From Nemertoderma westbladi (lineage: Eukaryota > Animalia > Xenacoelomorpha): 64,000 bases of DNA. The stretch covers positions 1 through 64,000 of the forward strand of contig JAUCBJ010007819.1 of assembly GCA_032718475.1 (NCBI GenBank). The letters run 5' to 3'. The notes under the pieces are model-generated. The model searched no databases. It was given only the letters and a program-made list of their open reading frames with translations, and was not told where the DNA came from. Shown one piece after another: positions 24,507 to 36,411 of this stretch (position 1 is its first letter; every line of letters begins with the position of its first letter). A program made the translations under genes and the position numbers.

Positions 24507-26597
24507 CGTACAATAATTCACATAACATACATTAACAAAATGTGCATTTTATAGGCCTATTATGTATCATTTGGTTCGTATTCATATATATTATAATACT
24601 TGGTATTGTTTATATATTTAAAGTAAATATAGTATTGTTATTATTATTAAAGAAAATGATCTACAAATATTTGATATTATTTTATAAACTTATATAAAAG
24701 TATATGTTTCTAAAATATAATACTACAAGCAGGGAACAACACTAAGGGAATTCTCGAGCAATAGGCTGCCACTGGAGAGCCAAAGGCTCGACAGAGTCTT
24801 ATGAGGAATAAATAATGCAGCCTTTTTAACGGAACTTAGCAAACCAACATAAACACCAAAGTAAAACCTCATAAGATAGCATTATGGTGTACCCCTTGTC
24901 AAGTAGGCACTTTGCTTTGATCTTTTTTAGGTGGATCTTTAAAGGATTTTTCCAGGAGAATGGCGAAAGCTAGAACGATTCTGTTTGCGCGATCTTATAG
25001 ATGTCCCGAGCGCGCACAGCAGAGAAATATTTGGCAAAAATCTGTTAATTAATTAATTAGTAATTAGCGATTAAAGATTTCTAATTGATTTTTCTCGAAA
25101 AGTATTTGGTTTTTCCCCTAGCAACGGTGTTTTTTTTTGTTCATCTCGGTAAGATCTAAAAAAGTTCAGTCATCGCTATGGCCCTCCTATTACTGTTAAT
25201 TAGTACTAATTAGCCGAAAACTAATTAGCGTCGTAACTCAAAAACACTAAGAGCTATGAAAAAACGTAACATCACAAAGTTGTTCGGAATTTTATTCTAC
25301 ACAAAAAAGTCTTTGGCGCCGATGCCGTATCTCCTACCGTTAATTAGTAATTAACTAATTACTTAATTACCTAATTGGCTGGGGGGGCTTTGCCCCCCCC
25401 CCCCCCGTCCCCCAAATCCTTATTCACAAGGTGTACCAAAGCTGTTTACTATTTTACAAATGATAATTACTCTAAAATCTTTTGAATCGAACTAATTAAC
25501 GATTTTACTAATTAGTAAAGTTCCCCAAATTAATTAATAATTTATCCAATCCGGCTGCAATTATTAATACAGCTGATTCATCAGCCTGGTTTGATGAACT
25601 TGATGAAATCATAAAGTCAGTAGTTGCTGTATGCCATTACTGACTAAAACTATATACCAAACACCTCTTGCCGGTAGCTACCTCCACAGTCTGTAGTGAG
25701 CACCGGTGCAGGTATGGTAGGCCTACATGTAGGGCATATATAGTGGAGGTTCTTTTGGCAGATAGGCCCTAGTCAAAACGTTACATCAGATGCCGTATTT
25801 TAGTCAAAACGTACCCTATCTTCATATAGTTGAGTATTGTGAATACAGGAATATCCAAGTACTCCTGTACTTAGTATACCCATCTGCCCATGTACAGTAA
25901 CTGGCTGACAGTTACCCTTAGTTTGTAGGCTATAGATGATTGACATTTCTAGCAATGTTCTTACCGTTTTGGGATTTTACTGGAAGTTGTTTAATACCAT
26001 AGTTTACCCCAAAAAAACTAAAATTACCCAAATCGCACCAAATCAAAATAAATCTTATAACAGCAACACGGGCTATCTGACGATATGGATTAGATCAATG
26101 TAGCGGATAGTGACCATTGAAGGGCTTCTTATGCATGCAAAGGAAAATATGATCAGACCCACACAGTCAGACCTGATCTTTTTCTGATCAAATACCGGTA
26201 GGTGACTTTGCTGATATGCAGTAACATTTTACGGTACAATTGATGCGAAAATGTTTTGGCCAGTACTCTGAACCTTCCATTGGGGTCCCAGGTCACGCGC
26301 CGACCGTGGTCACTGTATCTGGCACCTGATTGGCTATAATATTCAAACGCTGAAAACTTACCTAGGCCTTGACAATTAGTGATAAGATTTTATGTGAATA
26401 TGTTTTGGATGGTATTCTGAATCTTGCGTTGAGGTCCCAAGTCACCCCCATACCGTGGTCATCAGATACGGCGCCTGATTGGCTAATTCTTTGAACGACG
26501 ATAACTCGAGTTTGCTTCACTTTGGGATGAAGTTTGAAGGCTAGGAATATTCATCGGATGATTCCCCAACTCACTGATGATGTTTCATAGCTGTGAC

Positions 26598-27100
26598 GAT
26601 GAGTTTATCTGGTGCATCAACTCTGCATACGAATTATCGAGCATGGCAATGAGTTTAACCACTGCGTCAACTCAGCGTACGAATTATCCTCCGTGTCAAT
26701 GAGTTTAACCGCTGCATCGACGCCGTGTACGAATTATCCTCCGTGGAAATGAGTTTAACCGCTGCGTCGATGCCGTGTACGAATTATCCTCCGTGTGAAT
26801 GAGTTTAACCCCTGCGTCGACCCTGCGTACGAATTATCCTCCGTGAAAATGAGTTTAACCACTGCAACGACACCGCGTACAAACTATCCTCCGCGACAAT
26901 GAGTTTAACCGCTGCGACGACGCCGAGTATGAATTATTGATCGTGGCAATGAGTTTAACCACTGCGACGACGCCGCATACGAATTATTGATCGTGGAAAT
27001 GAGTTTAACCGCTGTGACGACGACGCGTACGAATTATTGATCGTGGAAATGAGTTTAACCACTGCATCGACTACACGACACGTACAAATTATTGACTGCG
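26598..27100. repeat. 50-bp minisatellite, about 10 copies
   Basis: aatgagtttaacc at 26648, 26698, ... 27048 with exact 50-bp spacing; degenerate first unit at 26598. Confidence 0.95.
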
Positions 27101-28393
27101 CCTACGAATTTTATTGCTGGGACAACTTTACGAATGAAATATTATCCTTGGCCACTAATGCAATAAATTAATATATAGTAATAATTTTTGCAATTTACGT
27201 AATTTACGTTTTGTAATTTTCAACAAATTTAAATTAAATTTATATTACTGTAATGTTTTTGTTTTGTAATAATTTATTGCAATAAATGCCAATTAATCTC
27301 AATTTACTTCTTAGTTCAACCTCTTACCTAGATATAACTACTAAAGTTAAATAAGAAACACAATTATGTGCTTATCATCCCCACGGGATATATGTATTGG
27401 TTTTTTTATTGGTATTATTGGTATTGTTTACACATATTTTTTGGTAATTTTTTATTACCGGTATATATATAATTGTTCATTAAATTTTCTGTGTAAACGC
27501 TACGCCGACAACCACTGCTAACAATGGGAAGTATGAAAATGTATCCTGAGTTCGCGACTCTTGTTTATTGTTTTGGTTAGAATAATCTTACACTGTAACC
27601 GATTAATTTGTTTTAACAATGGTTGTCGGCGTTGGTTGTCGGTTGTCGGCATTTTTACACCCTTTAATTTTGCAGTTGTGTATTACAACAGGGCGATTTC
27701 CAGTCATTTTAATTTTACCAACCCCAACCCCCCCCCCCCCCCCCACCCCGGTACAGGTACCAACCCCCCCCCCCCCCCCCCCCCCCCCCGGTACGGGTAC
27801 AACCCCCCCCTCCCGTCAGCCTTACCATATCTCTATTGTACGCTTTTACTGTAATGCATGAATGAATGCACGCCCCACTGCCATATTTTTAACAGTCTTT
27901 TCATGCCCGTATTCAGTTATATACCGGTATGAATAACCGGAGTAGTAAAATTAGAACTAATTAGTTAAATGGATTACAGTTGTTTTTTTTATTAGTTTTA
28001 GTTTTATTATGATTGTGTTCTTTATTATTGAAATTTTTTTAAATAATAATATTATTACAGAAATAATATTGTGTTGCAAGGCTGCTTGAGAGGTTGTGCG
28101 TAACTAGAATTGAAATCCGGAAATTATTTGACAGTTAGTCCTGTATATAGTTTGCTAAGTTCATTTCACTGGGCCGTGTTATGTTGTAACTGTTGTGTTG
28201 GTATAATGACTTTGTAACAAAAATTAATGTTTATAAATGATCGCAAAAACCAACTATGTGTTTATTGGATTTGAAAAATTAATGTAATTTAAAACATTAA
28301 GGAAAAGGCTACCCTTCCACCCCCCCCCCCCCCCCCCCCTTGCCACAGCTGTAGTATTGGGTTATCCCGACCGTTCCACCCCCAACCCCAGCC

Positions 28394-31242
28394 CTACTAC
28401 TAGGATCGGCATGCTGCATTGCAGCTGCATTTTTAAGAATGCTGTGCCGGCTTGTCAACAAAATTGCACCGCCACAACTCCCTATCACCCATGACATTTG
28501 CTAGATCATCCGCATCTTCAAGGCCAGTGTCCTTTAAGATGCGTCTCAAAAAAGTCATGGGCTGTCCACCATGCTTATTCACTCCATGAGGCTGCCAAAG
28601 TACAAGATTATGCACTGGCTGGTCCTCACAGCGAAAGCAATGTCCTGCAAAGCGGAGGCGATTTTGTTCTAGTGTCAAGCTTGGGGGAACCAATGAGACA
28701 CCTCCAATGTTATATAGTGTCTGGTTGGAGATGTGTGCATTGTACTTCACACAATGAACCCGGCGTAGCATTCTTGTGAATGTGCCATCCAGAGATTTGG
28801 TGTCCTCAGCAGTTAGAGACCAGCATGGACTCCCGTAGAGGAGTACTGAAACTACTGCTGCTCTAAATAATCGGACCTTAAGTTTCCGATTAATTCTCGG
28901 TGACTTCCAAATCCTGGAAAGCCTATTCAAGGCTGCCCATGCCTTTCCCTTACGTATTCGAAGGTCCTCACCTGACTTCCGGATCCATGATCCCAGGTAA
29001 CAGAAGTCGTCCACATGCTCAAGCATACCATCCTTTGAGCTTATGCTCATCCGATCAGAGACTTGCTGAGGACTTTCCAAGTTAACTGTCAAAATTTTGG
29101 TCTTTCTGGAGTTAATAAAAAGACCAACACTAGAAGCAGCATGTTCTAATGAGCTGAGGAGCCGTTGGGCTCCCTCTAATGATTCTGAGAGTACTCCTAA
29201 GTCATCAGCAAAGTCTAGATCAGTTAGGTACTTGGCAGGATTTCCTCGACTTCTGGAGCCAGTAGGTGGAGTTATCATCACCCCATCATCATTATGATGA
29301 TCTAAGGACATGCGTAGAACATAGTCAACCACAATAATGAACAAGAATGGTGCAAGTGTGTCTCCTTGGAGGACGCCCCATAACACTTCAAATGGTTCTG
29401 TGTCACCGTCAACAGTAGACACAAATGTTGTCGAACCATCGTATACTGATCTGATTGCCGCAATAATTTCATCAGGAATCCCATATAATGAAAGTATGCT
29501 GAACATACGTGAGCGAGAGACTGAATCAAAGGCCTTGAAGAAGTCAACAAAGATAACAGCCAGATGCCTGTCTTTCTTTTTTGATAATTCTTCAATTATC
29601 CTTCTAAGTGCCAAAATGGGCTCCATGGTCCCACGACCTTTACGGAACCCATTCTGATTTCCACGGAGCAGTCTCTCAATGGGATCCCTGATGCGATTTA
29701 ATAGAATCCTATTGTATAGCTTTGCAGCAATCGAGATCAATGAGATTCCCCGAAAAGAACCATAGAGTGTTAGGTTGCCCTTCTTGGGAACTGGCACCAA
29801 CTTATTTGTTTTCATTTCTTGTGGAACTCTTGTTGTTCGGTACATGTCTACTATGATGGGATAGATGAGCTTTAAACACTCAGGTATTTTAAAGACCTCA
29901 GGGGGAACACCATCTACTCCACTGGTACGATTGGTCTTAATGCTCTTTGCAGCAGCCTTCACTTCTGCAAAGGAGATATCGCCAATGGGAATATCTGGGA
30001 GTACAGACTCAGACACTTTTACTTCTATAAAGTTATCAGGCAATACCCTGTCATTATTGAGGAGCTTTTCAAAGTGGGCTTTCCAACCATTGAGGCGATC
30101 GGCTGGTGATTCAGCCTTAACCTTGGTGGTTGGTTGGCTTTTCCGCCCAGTAAGCAAATTGATCGATTTCCATGCCTGGGATGATTGCCTGCTGTCGTCA
30201 GCATCATTGATGGCATCAACCTGTTGGTTTATTAGCTCCTGTAGATTAACAGAGTACTGCCTGTTCAGGGACCTAGATGCAGCCTTAACTGCATTCTTGG
30301 CCGCTGTAGTCTGTTTGAGTCGGGACTCTTTCTGCGTGCGCCTTATGAAGGTCATTTCGGCACTTCTGAATTTTGTTGTCAGTCCAGGGGGCCCTTTTCC
30401 TGTTTCGAGGGTATACATACAGGAACTGTTTCCGCAGCTGCTAACTTAACTGCTTCTGTAAAGGCAGTATAGCCCTCACAGTGATCTGCCGCCTCAGAGG
30501 CAAGAGCCTCATACCTGTTGCTCAGCTGTAATGTGAAGCTGGATCTCACACTTGGCTGTTGCAACAGAGAGGACCAGTCATGCCGCGGCAAGGCAGATTT
30601 CGTTGTTCTGCTAGCACGCAGACTAAGTCTTACCTTGGCCACAATAAGGCGGTGATCACTGGAGAAGGGTCGAAGTGTAAATGCATTACAGTCTTGTATA
30701 GAGCTCCTGTATTTCCTACGAAACAGAATATGGTCTATCTGGGACTTGTGACCACTGGGTCCACTATGAGTCCATAGCTTTCCAGTTCGCTTCTTGAACT
30801 GGGTTCCAGCCGAAAACAATCCATTTCCAGAGATAAAATCTTGAAGATGGACAGAATTTCGGTTAACACTATTGCTATAGACCCAGGGCGATGTAGGTGA
30901 TTGATGCAGACTTGCATTAAAGTCTCCCAGGAATGTTAAGAATGCATGCTGATCCACTCCATCAGTAGCTGCTTGTAGATTGTGGTAGAAATTTTCCACC
31001 TCCTCTACAGGGGCAACACTAGTTGGAGAGTAGCACACAATCAGAACCACCTTAGGAAACTTCTTAGCCAGTCTTCCAGAACATGAGAAGTGGCAACGGA
31101 TGATGCGGTTAGAGATTTGGTCTATTTTGTCCAATGCTGCATGTGCAGTTGGATTCATCAATAGACCAATTCCACCATTGCCACTATCCTGCTGACGCAA
31201 GGGCGAGTCGCCAACCGCCCCCATGTCCTTAATCAGAACCTC
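28394..31242 (-). mobile_element. RTE LINE family A, 5'-truncated copy with small frameshifts
   Basis: APE and RT ORFs nearly identical to 33284-36370; two 4-bp duplications (about 30335 and 30415) and a 2-bp deletion (about 31190); (TAG)n tail. Confidence 0.95.
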
Positions 31243-31324
31243 TAAGGTTATGGCTATGGTTAAGGGTCACCACCGACCCTTCCAGCCCCAACCAGCCCCT
31301 CCTACACCCCCCCCCCCCCCCCCC

Positions 31325-32510
31325 CACAGTGGGGCTGCGAACCAACTTTTTATAAAAGAAAAATGCCCGGCCAAATTGATTTCATTTCTTGGGGCATTTC
31401 AACGCCCTGATTCCAAAAATAATATTTTCAAAATCTTTTGCCGGTGTCTTTTTCTTAAGATTACTAAATAAATTAGTAATGCTATTTATAATAATGCTAT
31501 ATATATTATAAAAAAATGCCTTTTAAAATCACTTTTAATCAACCTGGTTTCGAATCTGTTAATTTTATAATATTTCGTCAGTGTCTTTTAGAGTAATAAT
31601 ATTCTAAAATAATATTAAATTTATTAATATTATATAGCAGAACTGCCTAATACTCAATTGTAGTGAATATCAACTTCTCTTACTCCTATTGCACTGATAT
31701 TAGTATCATTCGAACCGCAATGGTCAATTTAGTGGGTGTTGACATCATTCTCGAGATATCGGTCAAATTGTGAGCACTGGCTTAATCTAAATTACACTAG
31801 GTAAGCTATTTAATGCAATATATCACCATATCACTAAAAATCAGACTTCGACATAAATAACAGACTTAGGGAATATGCTTATTTGAACCGCAATGGTCGA
31901 ATTAGTAGTTGTAGACTCCATCAAAACAATAGTAGTATAAAAAATTGATATTTTTTGTGATATTGTGATATATTGATAATGAATTGCTGAAGTTATGTGC
32001 TCATTTATGTGAATCGCGCTCACATTTTGACCGATATCTCGAGAAGCAATAACTCGACCATTGTTTTGATGGTGTCTACCCCCACTAAATCGACCATTGC
32101 GGTTTGAATGATACTAATATCAATGCAATAGCAGTACGGTAAGTTGACTTCACTACAATTGATTATATTAGCCAGTTTGCTAATATAATATTAATATTAT
32201 TTAATATTTAATTTATTTAATTACTCTAAAAGACACCGACGAAATATTATAAAATTAACAGATTCAAAATCAGGTTGATTGAAATTCTCGATAAATGCTA
32301 TAATTTGGTCTGGGCATTTTTTATAATATATATAGCATTATTATAAATAGTATTACTAATTTATTTAGTAATTTTAAGAAAAAGACACGAGCAAAAGATT
32401 TTAAAAATATCAGGGTCGGAACCAGGGTGTTGAAGTATACCAAAAAATGAAATCAGTTAGTTTGGGCATTTTTATTTTATAAAACGTTGTGTTAAAACTA
32501 GCGCGACCCC
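31325..32510. mobile_element. About 1.2-kb non-coding foldback element / MITE with long imperfect inverted arms
   Basis: 31345-31780 pairs with 32015-32490 (for example ttactaaataaattagtaatgctatttataataatgctatatatattataaaaaaatgcc and its reverse complement); left end starts CACAGTGGGG. Confidence 0.8.
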
Positions 32511-32656
32511 TATACTAACAGCAGAACTGTTGAACAGACAAATACCTGTATACTTCTCTGTTAACCTAATGAGTTCCCGCCTAACCAATAAGACTGAAAG
32601 ACTGCTCTACTGTTAAATAGAGGTGATCAGGAGCGTGCTATCACTAATGTAGGGCT

Positions 32657-35600
32657 ACCAGGTCAGGTATTCTAGGTCATTGATCAAGAAAACTTGCCAC
32701 CTCCATGCAGCATAAAGGAGGTGCCACCTGTAGCTGCATAGACCCTCTTACTAGGGCAAATCTGGTCCTGTAACTAGGACCCCCTTCGTTCTGGGATAAG
32801 GACGCCCTTGGTCCTGGATTAAGGACCCATATACTTGGCTGCAGGGGTATATGGCCTGACCAGGCAGATGGTGATCTACCAATGGCTGGTTAGGAGTAGA
32901 GTGTTCTCATGTCCACTCTGAGGGCACTTCACTGCGACCTGCACCTGGCAGCAAGGGTACAGGGCATGACCCAGCAGATGAGCTGCAACAGCCAATGGTG
33001 GGTCATGTACGCCAGAGTAGATATGGGTGATGGGCCTCATATCTGACTCCATTGCGACACCCACCCTGTGGAATGGCAAACCAGGGTGTGGTATTTGCCC
33101 CGAGAGCTGACTCGGCAAAAAAGCACCCCCCAACCCCCACTATGGATTACATTAGCAATGCGGAGGTCCGGCCACTAGAGGCCAGTGGAATTACCGGACA
33201 CAATCGGCCTCACAGGCGTCAGTTAACTCCTGACCGGCTGCCTGTCTCACCCCCTACTGGAGAGGAGAGCAGCCAACAATTCTTTGAGTCCCTTTCCTGA
33301 TGACCTTTCTGGCCCAAACCCTGGGTCACCAGGGAGGCCAGATTGTGATGGGGAGAGGGATTCTGGAGTTGGAGGCTACTCTCATGTTCCACCCCGACCA
33401 ACAAAGCCATTGGTGAATCTGAGGCAAGTCACTAGACTAGCCTCAGTAAACACCCTAACACTCGGGTCCCCAATGCGACAAGGTGAGCTGACTGCCTTGG
33501 CAGATAAGCTTTCTCTTAGCGCAGTGGGTGTTCAAGAGCACCGAATGCAGACTGGACAGACTGATGAGGTTCTGATTAAGGACATGGGGGGTGGTTGGCG
33601 ACTCGCCCTCGCGTCAGCAGATGATAGTGGCAATGGTGGAATTGGTCTATTGATGAATCCAACTGCACATGCAGCATTGGATAAAATAGACCAAATCTCT
33701 AACCGCATCATCCGTTGCCACTTCTCATGTTCTGGAAGACTGGCTAAGAAGTTTCCTAAGGTGGTTCTGATTGTGTGCTACTCTCCAACTAGTGTTGCCC
33801 CTGTAGATGAGGTGGAAAATTTCTACCACAATCTACAAGCAGCAACTGATGGAGTGGATCAGCATGCATTCTTAACATTCCTGGGAGACTTTAATGCAAG
33901 TCTGCATCAATCACCTACATCGCCCTGGGTCTATAGCAATAGTGTTAACCGAAATTCTGTCCATCTTCAGGATTTTATCTCTGGAAATGGATTGTTTTCG
34001 GCTGGAACCCAGTTCAAGAAGCGAACTGGAAAGCTATGGACTCATAGTGGACCCAGTGGTCACAAGTCCCAGATAGACCATATTCTGTTTCGTAGGAAAT
34101 ACAGGAGCTCTATACAAGACTGTAATGCATTTACACTTCGACCCTTCTCCAGTGATCACCGCCTTATTGTGGCCAAGGTAAGACTTAGTCTGCGTGCTAG
34201 CAGAACAACGAAATCTGCCTTGCCACGGCATGACTGGTCCTCTCTGTTGCAACAGCCAAGTGTGAGATCCAGCTTCACACTACAGCTGAGCAACAGGTAT
34301 GAGGCTCTTGCCTCTGAGGCGGCAGATCACTGTGAGGGCTATACTGCCTTTACAGAAGCAGTTAAGTTAGCAGCTGCAGAAACAGTTCCTGTATACCCTC
34401 GAAACAGGAAAAGGGCCCCCTGGACTGACAACAAAATTCAGAAGTGCCGAAATGACCTTCATAAGGCGCAGAAAGAGTCCCGACTCAAACAGACTACAGC
34501 GGCCAAGAATGCAGTTAAAGCTGCATCTAGGTCCCTGAACAGGCAGTACTCTGTTAATCTACAGGAGCTAATAAACCAACAGGTTGATGCCATCAATGAT
34601 GCTGACGACAGCAGGCAATCATCCCAGGCATGGAAATCGATCAATCTGCTTACTGGGCGGAAAAGCCAACCAACCACCAAGGTTAAGGCTGAATCACCAG
34701 CCGATCGCCTCAATGGTTGGAAAGCCCACTTTGAAAAGCTCCTCAATAATGACAGGGTATTGCCTGATAACTTTATAGAAGTAAAAGTGTCTGAGTCTGT
34801 ACTCCCAGATATTCCCATTGGCGATATCTCCTTTGCAGAAGTGAAGGCTGCTGCAAAGAGCATTAAGACCAATCGTGCCAGTGGAGTAGATGGTGTTCCC
34901 CCTGAGGTCTTTAAAATACCTGAGTGTTTAAAGCTCATCTATCCCATCATAGTAGACATGTACCGTACAACAAGAGTCCCACAAGAAATGAAAACAAATA
35001 AGTTGGTGCCAGTTCCCAAGAAGGGCAACCTAACATTCTATGGTTCTTTTCGGGGAATCTCATTGATCTCGATTGCTGCAAAACTATACAATAGAATTCT
35101 ATTAAATCGCATCAGGGATCCCATTGAGAGACTGCTACGTGGAAATCAGAATGGGTTCCGTAAAGGTCGTGGGACCATGGAGCCCATTTTGGCACTTAGA
35201 AGGATAATTGAAGAGTTATCAAAAAAGAAAGACAGGCATCTGGCTGTTATCTTTGTTGACTTCTTCAAGGCCTTTGATTCAGTGTCTCGCTCACGTATGT
35301 TCAGCATACTTTCATTATATGGGATTCCTGATGAAATTATTGCAGCAATCAGATCAGTATACGATGGTTCGACAACATTTGTGTCTACTGTTGACGGTGA
35401 CACAGAACCATTTGAAGTGTTATGGGGCGTCCTCCAAGGAGACACACTTGCACCATTCTTGTTCATTATTGTGGTTGACTATGTTCTACGCATGTCCTTA
35501 GATCATCATAATGATGATAGGGTGATGATAACTCCACCTACTGGCTCCAGAAGTCGAGGAAATCCTGCCAAGTACCTAACTGATCTAGACTTTGCTGATG

Positions 35601-36411
35601 ACTTAGGAGTACTCTCAGAATCATTAGAGGGAGCCCAGCGGCTCCTCAGCTCATTAGAACATGCTGCTTCTAGTGTTGGTCTTTTTATTAACTCCAGAAA
35701 GACCAAAATTCTGACAGTTAACTTTGAAAGTCCTCAGCAAGTCTCTGATCGGATGAGCATAAGCTCAAAGGATGGTATGCTTGAGCATGTGGACGACTTC
35801 TGTTACCTGGGATCATGGATCCGGAAGTCAGGTGAGGACCTTCGAATACGTAAGGGAAAGGCATGGGCAGCCTTGAATAGGCTTTCCAGGATTTGGAAGT
35901 CACCTAGAATTAATCGGAAACTTAAGGTCCGATTATTTAGAGCAGCAGTAGTTCCAGTTCTCCTCTACGGGAGTCCATGCTGGGCTCTAACTGCTGAGGA
36001 CACCAAATCTCTGGATGGCACATTCACAAGAATGCTACGCCGGGTACATTGTGTCAAGTACAATGCACACATCTCCAACCAGACACTATATAACATTGGA
36101 GGTGTCTCATTGGTTCCCCCAAGCTTGACACTAGAACAAAATCGCCTCCGCTTTGCAGGACATTGCTTTCGCCGTGAGGACCAGCCAGTGCATAATCTTG
36201 TACTTTGGCAGCCTCATGGAGTGAATAAGCATGGTGGACAGCCCATGACTTTCTTGAGACGCATCTTAAAGGACACTGGCCTTAAAGATGCGGATGATCT
36301 AGCAAATGTCATGGGTGATAGGGAGTTGTGGCGGTGCAATTTTGTTGACAAGCCGGCACAGCATTCTTAAAAATGCAGCTGCAATGCAGCATGCCGATCC
36401 TAGTAGTAGTA
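32657..36411 (+). mobile_element. Apparently full-length RTE LINE family A
   Basis: Structured 5' leader, intact APE-RT ORF, short 3' UTR, (TAG)n tail; candidate TSD gtagggct at 32649-32656 and 36412-36419. Confidence 0.93.
33284..36370 (+). CDS. RTE ORF: apurinic endonuclease plus reverse transcriptase (true start uncertain)
   Basis: VGVQEH, CYSPT, GDFNA, QIDHI, SSDH; NQNGFR, FVDFFKAFDSV, GVLQGD, LDFADD, YLGS; 1028 codons open from a TTG. Confidence 0.95.
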   Translation: MSPFPDDLSGPNPGSPGRPDCDGERDSGVGGYSHVPPRPTKPLVNLRQVTRLASVNTLTLGSPMRQGELTALADKLSLSAVGVQEHRMQTGQTDEVLIKDMGGGWRLALASADDSGNGGIGLLMNPTAHAALDKIDQISNRIIRCHFSCSGRLAKKFPKVVLIVCYSPTSVAPVDEVENFYHNLQAATDGVDQHAFLTFLGDFNASLHQSPTSPWVYSNSVNRNSVHLQDFISGNGLFSAGTQFKKRTGKLWTHSGPSGHKSQIDHILFRRKYRSSIQDCNAFTLRPFSSDHRLIVAKVRLSLRASRTTKSALPRHDWSSLLQQPSVRSSFTLQLSNRYEALASEAADHCEGYTAFTEAVKLAAAETVPVYPRNRKRAPWTDNKIQKCRNDLHKAQKESRLKQTTAAKNAVKAASRSLNRQYSVNLQELINQQVDAINDADDSRQSSQAWKSINLLTGRKSQPTTKVKAESPADRLNGWKAHFEKLLNNDRVLPDNFIEVKVSESVLPDIPIGDISFAEVKAAAKSIKTNRASGVDGVPPEVFKIPECLKLIYPIIVDMYRTTRVPQEMKTNKLVPVPKKGNLTFYGSFRGISLISIAAKLYNRILLNRIRDPIERLLRGNQNGFRKGRGTMEPILALRRIIEELSKKKDRHLAVIFVDFFKAFDSVSRSRMFSILSLYGIPDEIIAAIRSVYDGSTTFVSTVDGDTEPFEVLWGVLQGDTLAPFLFIIVVDYVLRMSLDHHNDDRVMITPPTGSRSRGNPAKYLTDLDFADDLGVLSESLEGAQRLLSSLEHAASSVGLFINSRKTKILTVNFESPQQVSDRMSISSKDGMLEHVDDFCYLGSWIRKSGEDLRIRKGKAWAALNRLSRIWKSPRINRKLKVRLFRAAVVPVLLYGSPCWALTAEDTKSLDGTFTRMLRRVHCVKYNAHISNQTLYNIGGVSLVPPSLTLEQNRLRFAGHCFRREDQPVHNLVLWQPHGVNKHGGQPMTFLRRILKDTGLKDADDLANVMGDRELWRCNFVDKPAQHS

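Noticed and set aside
23635-24516. 293-aa ORF as a single gene
   Set aside because: Chimera of the Gypsy integrase tail and an alternative frame of the downstream zinc-finger ORF.
26598-27100. CRISPR-like array
   Set aside because: The intervening segments are homologous to each other rather than unique spacers; no cas genes; eukaryotic context.
31325-31365. Complete RAG recombination signal sequence
   Set aside because: The heptamer is present but there is no ACAAAAACC-like nonamer at 12 or 23 bp.
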